Source: Lepidodermella squamata
Lineage: Eukaryota > Animalia > Gastrotricha
Direction of reading: 5' to 3'
Assembly: GCA_047495785.1 (NCBI GenBank)
Contig: JBLDXI010000020.1
Coordinates: forward strand, 2,666,001-2,730,000
Length of the DNA: 64,000 nucleotides
Of the stretch, positions 59,939 to 64,000 are shown in pieces; positions within the stretch are counted from its first letter, which is position 1; every line of letters begins with the position of its first letter. Both the position numbers and the translations under genes were made by a program. Under the pieces are notes generated by a model, which worked only from the letters and a program-made list of their open reading frames with translations, did not search any database and was not told the DNA's origin.

Positions 59939-60605
59939 CATAGAGCTAGTTTTGAGATAGTAGAGGCCCTACTCCTGACAAAGCCTATCTGCAAACGCCT
60001 TGAGCGCCAGATTTTGTGATGGAATCAGCATTGAATGGTTGGAAAAGTAAACAAATGAGGTGATTTCCGATCGCTCAACATTCTTGGGTCACAATTAATC
60101 ATTTCCGGCGGTAAGATAGCTCTTGCAACGATGAACACGCTAATTATTTTTCGAAATTTGAGCGATTTTTTCCTAAATTTCTATTATTTTATTGATTATT
60201 CCATTTGGTTATTTACATTGTAGAAATTGGGACTGCCTGGGATATCCAGAAACTTTGATGACTGCAAGTGCGCCTCGTGCACTTGGTGTGCGGTTGGATT
60301 GGAGCTGCATCAGAGTTTGAATGTAGTGAAAAACCATTATTCAATGTTTTAAAAAATTCCAGGAAATCAGAAAACCCGTGCAACAATATGTAGAGCTCGA
60401 TGATAGGTACCTACCCCATAAGAAATATGCTTCAATTACGAACCGATTATTAGTAAAAGTCATGTTTATCTTTTTCTAATCAAGAAAATGAATTTAAATT
60501 TTTTTGTGCTTTCCATTGCTCCGAAAATTCATCATTACATCTAGCTCCCATGGCGTTTACAGGCTTAGCCAGGAGTAGGACCTCTGTCTTAAAACTAGCT
60601 CTATG
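59939..60605. mobile_element. MITE-like element with ~47 bp imperfect terminal inverted repeats (CATAGAG...CTCTATG)
   Basis: CATAGAGCTAGTTTTGAGATAGTAGAGGCCCTACTCCTGACAAAGCCT versus AGGCTTAGCCAGGAGTAGGACCTCTGTCTTAAAACTAGCTCTATG. No TSD evident. Confidence 0.75.
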
Positions 60606-61544
60606 CTTATTACTGATTTTCAGATCATCTTGTATAACTACTCACAAACAGACAACCCAAATCTACTCCAAAATGTAGATGCAAGTGACAGGGCGATGCG
60701 CAGGATTATCAGCATTTTCTAGAAAGTTCCAAGTTGGGCACGGGTTGCAAGTGTCTGAAAATACCAGATCAAAAAAGTTGCCAGCGAAGTATTTAAGGTA
60801 GACGCCAACGTGTCGTTTATAAAAAGCTTGTTTACACCGACTTCGAGCACGTTTTTACCTGGCGTGACAGCCATGACGGTGCGATCGGCCTGGAAAAACT
60901 GACAGAGAAGCGCTATAAAAGCTGGAAGCTGGTTTAGCGAAATTCAGTCCTTTGCAGAAGATTTCTCTCAAAACCCAGAATGTTCTCCCTCCAAGCCGTC
61001 ACTGTTTTATGCCTTGTAGCCTCCGCTTCGGCGCAATGGTGGATGCCCGGTCCTGATCTGTGCACTGAGCCAAAGTTGAAACCAGCAGTCGAGTAAATAT
61101 TCTCGAAACATTTGTAATTTCATAATTTTTTTGAAAATGCAAGGCGCAAATGTCCTCGAACCGCCGACCGCGAAGCGGCAATGAACTGTCATACCTGCTT
61201 GTGGAAAGACACGCCTCGTGCACTTTTGTATGTATAACATCGATGATTTTGCGCTAAAGCCGACCAACGAGAAAAAAATTCCTATACAGAGTACTGCGCA
61301 CAATAAGAAGTACTACGCGCGCATAATATTATAAGATATACTTATAGCCCGCATTCTGTGTGAAAAAAATGAATGTACTGGACAAATGACCAACAAATAT
61401 AAGTGCGCTTTTGTGGATGTTACCATGAAATCTTCTGCTTACCTGGTAGAGAACTGTCGAAAGTATCAGGAAATCGATAGAAAAGCATGTGCAACCGTGG
61501 GTTATTCACCGCTAGGCGACTTGAAAGTGATCTGAAAGCGCAAA

Positions 61545-62285
61545 AACCTTGGAAAAATGCACCCACTGGTGTCTTGAGCGGCGTTTCTGCGAAAACCAAA
61601 ATGGGTTCACCCACAGTTTTTTCACATTCCCTAGCCGAGCACATGGAGGGCTTATTAGGGAAGTAAGAAATAGCCAGTTAATATGGAGGACATCCACGGC
61701 TTTTCAGTATTTTCCCTCCCGGCTTGAAAATCGTGGAAAAAGCGAAAATTGTATGTTTTTAGTCGCTCTTATCTCGAAAACACCCATGGTTGCACCATAG
61801 CTTTTTGTAGTCAAATAGGAGAAGGCACTAGGAGGAAGGTTTTAACAGGGAAAACAACAAGAACCACCCCAACTTATCCAAGACTTTTTCGTCCTGATTA
61901 GCACTCACTACGTCACACCCAACACCTCGAAAATGCATGGCCTGGCGTCTTTTGGGGCATTGCTGCAAGAAAGAGCATGGGTTCAACCACAGTTTTTCAC
62001 GTCCTTTAGTAGAGCACAAGAAGATCTTACTCAGGAAGTAAGAAATTGCCAGTAAATGCGGTGTTTATCCACGGGTTAAGAGTCTTTTCTCTCCACATCC
62101 GATTCAAGTCCGAATCGAAGAGAAAGTGAGGATTTTTCATCTTTCATGGCACTTATCTTGAAAAAACCCATGGCTGCACCATAAGTTTTTGTATTCAAAC
62201 AGTAGAGGAGATTGAGAAGAAGGTTTCAAAAGAGAAAACAGCACGAACCACGACAACTTATCCACGACTTTTTCGCCTTGATGGA
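61545..62285. repeat. Diverged direct tandem duplication, unit ~375-385 bp
   Basis: ATGGGTTCA.CCACAGTTTTT...GGAAGTAAGAAAT.GCCAGT...CTTATCT.GAAAA.ACCCATGG.TGCACCATA...GAACCAC...AACTTATCCA.GACTTTTTCG occurs twice. Confidence 0.8.
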
Positions 62286-64000
62286 CAATCACATTTTAAG
62301 CTCAAAATCGAACTTCAAAACTGGGCTATTCACCTTACCTTACGCGGCAGAGCCCTTATTTCACCTGTAACAAGTTGAATGAAGCGCATACTTCTTATAA
62401 AATAGCAAATATGCGGGTGCTACCATGATTTGCCATGATTTTCCATTCGGTCCCAGACCGCGGTAACAAGACGGTTATGGTAAGGAGTCATCCGATTTCA
62501 ATCTCTCAATGAAGTCATGGTATCTATGGACTGACGTATTAAAGATGCATTTTCGATCATTTTTAGCAACGGTAATTGCTTCCTTGTATCTGGTACGTTG
62601 GTCTTTTCGTATTCTCAAAAACTTCCATGCAAGTTGCAACTTGATTTTGCTCATTCCTTTTGCGAATGCTCCTTATGGAGCGCTAATTGCTGGGCTCAAC
62701 TTAGCTTTTGTTATCCTTCCATTTGTAGGGTGTAGAGTGGAGTGTGGTTCGGAAGTGCAAGAAGCCGTGGATAATAACGATTTGAATCAGCATTTCACCT
62801 CCAAAGAAAGATTGCCTTGTTCCCCTCATTAGAAGGAAATGAGAGAAAACTTGGCTTACATAGTCTGAGTGATAGAGGAAAAGAAAAACCGCCGACAGCG
62901 CCATCTGCTTCATCATGTCGGTGTATTGTGTGGTATTCAAGAAAATCAGCTGGAGTGAACACTTTTGCAACGATGGATCGAAACGTTTTCATGTCGGATT
63001 AGCGGTTGTTATAGAAAGAAAAGATGTTCCTTGAAACCTCTATCGACGGAGCGGTCGACAGTAGGTGGGTCAATCGCACAATAGAGGCCGGCGAGGGACA
63101 CGCAAGAAATCGTTTGTGTTGTGGAATAATGTAGCTTAACGACAGCATTCTCTTCCGCACTGGTCAGATTAGAGAAAAATGGCCATCCGTCGCGGTTTTT
63201 TTTATTACGGACGGTAAACATCAGCCAAATTCATTAAATTGACTGATCTGAGAAGAGCGATAGATTCAAGTGCTGCTACAGTCCCTCGGGATAACTTTTC
63301 CCATTGGCGCTAAAACGTGATACAGTGCCATCTCATGTGGCTAAAATCCTTGCTTTTTAGTAATTTCAATCAACGCTGCACTCAACTCAACTTTCCAAAC
63401 CGCGGAAACACCTTGATCCGTCATTTTCCCATATTTTCCGTCAAATGCGTCTATCGCGTTCTATTGTTGGCGCCGCCCACCGTCAACTTTTTTGTTTCCT
63501 GTTCAAAGAACTAACTAGCTTGCAAGTGCCTTTAGATAGGAAGCATCATCTTCGGGTAGCTGAGTTTGTGACCAATGTATGTAAGTTGGGTAGGTTACAT
63601 TTGGTTAGGACCAGAGGGCAGACTCCCGTAGCCCATCTCCTTTTGGTCCGATGTTGTGAGCATTTTAAGCACAGGGGCCCCGCCAAGGCAGGAGACGTCG
63701 GTCACTCCAAGTCTCTGGTAAACCAAGACCAAGTCTCCCAATTTGCTGGTAGCTCGTTAGCTAAAGCTTTTCTAGACGATCGTTTTGCACTCGCTGAGAG
63801 TCCGCTTTCTACGACAGCAGGGCGTACGCGACGCGACACAACGTTTGCCGTGAATTACGTTGCCCGCTACCGCCACGGGGAGGCTGCCGTTGTCGCTTGA
63901 ACAGCAGTCAGCTCTACGATCTAACACTCATTTGGGTAATTTTGTCAATAGGGCTTTCCATATTAGCAGTGTGGAACTTTAGCTCAGGGGATGGAAGGTT

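Noticed and set aside
62400-64000. ORFs 62509-62832, 63009-63221, 63445-63900 as genes
   Set aside because: No recognisable domain or consistent exon chain; probably decayed element sequence.

Overview
Eukaryotic DNA from a gene-dense invertebrate genome with mostly 50-60 nt GT-AG introns. I saw no rRNA, CRISPR array or intact transposase, and the species cannot be named from sequence. Gene order: C-type lectin 3' end; astacin metalloprotease with EGF, CUB and kringle domains; Thr-rich mucin-like gene built from micro-exons; a Cys-rich orphan; a small membrane protein. Next comes a ~23 kb receptor-dense block (10.2-33.3 kb): two intronless signal-peptide ankyrin genes flanking a tandem pair of NIT-domain guanylyl cyclase-like genes that lack half the catalytic residues, a TMEM26-like gene, two intronless GABA-B-like class C GPCRs with tRNA-Ser(UGA) and a secreted two-sushi gene between them, and two intronless Cys-loop channel subunits. 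After that: a ~2335 aa multi-SRCR/mucin type I receptor whose signal-peptide exon I located by hand; a double GRDP-like domain gene; a TPR plus pseudo-SET gene; a PLAT-less lipase with RRRR in its lid; a third GABA-B-like receptor; and several MITE-like and dispersed repeats. The best candidate for an undescribed system is the secreted-ankyrin / degenerate NIT-cyclase module inside a putative chemosensory cluster. Exon models were assembled by eye, and family calls rest on motif recognition, not database searches.
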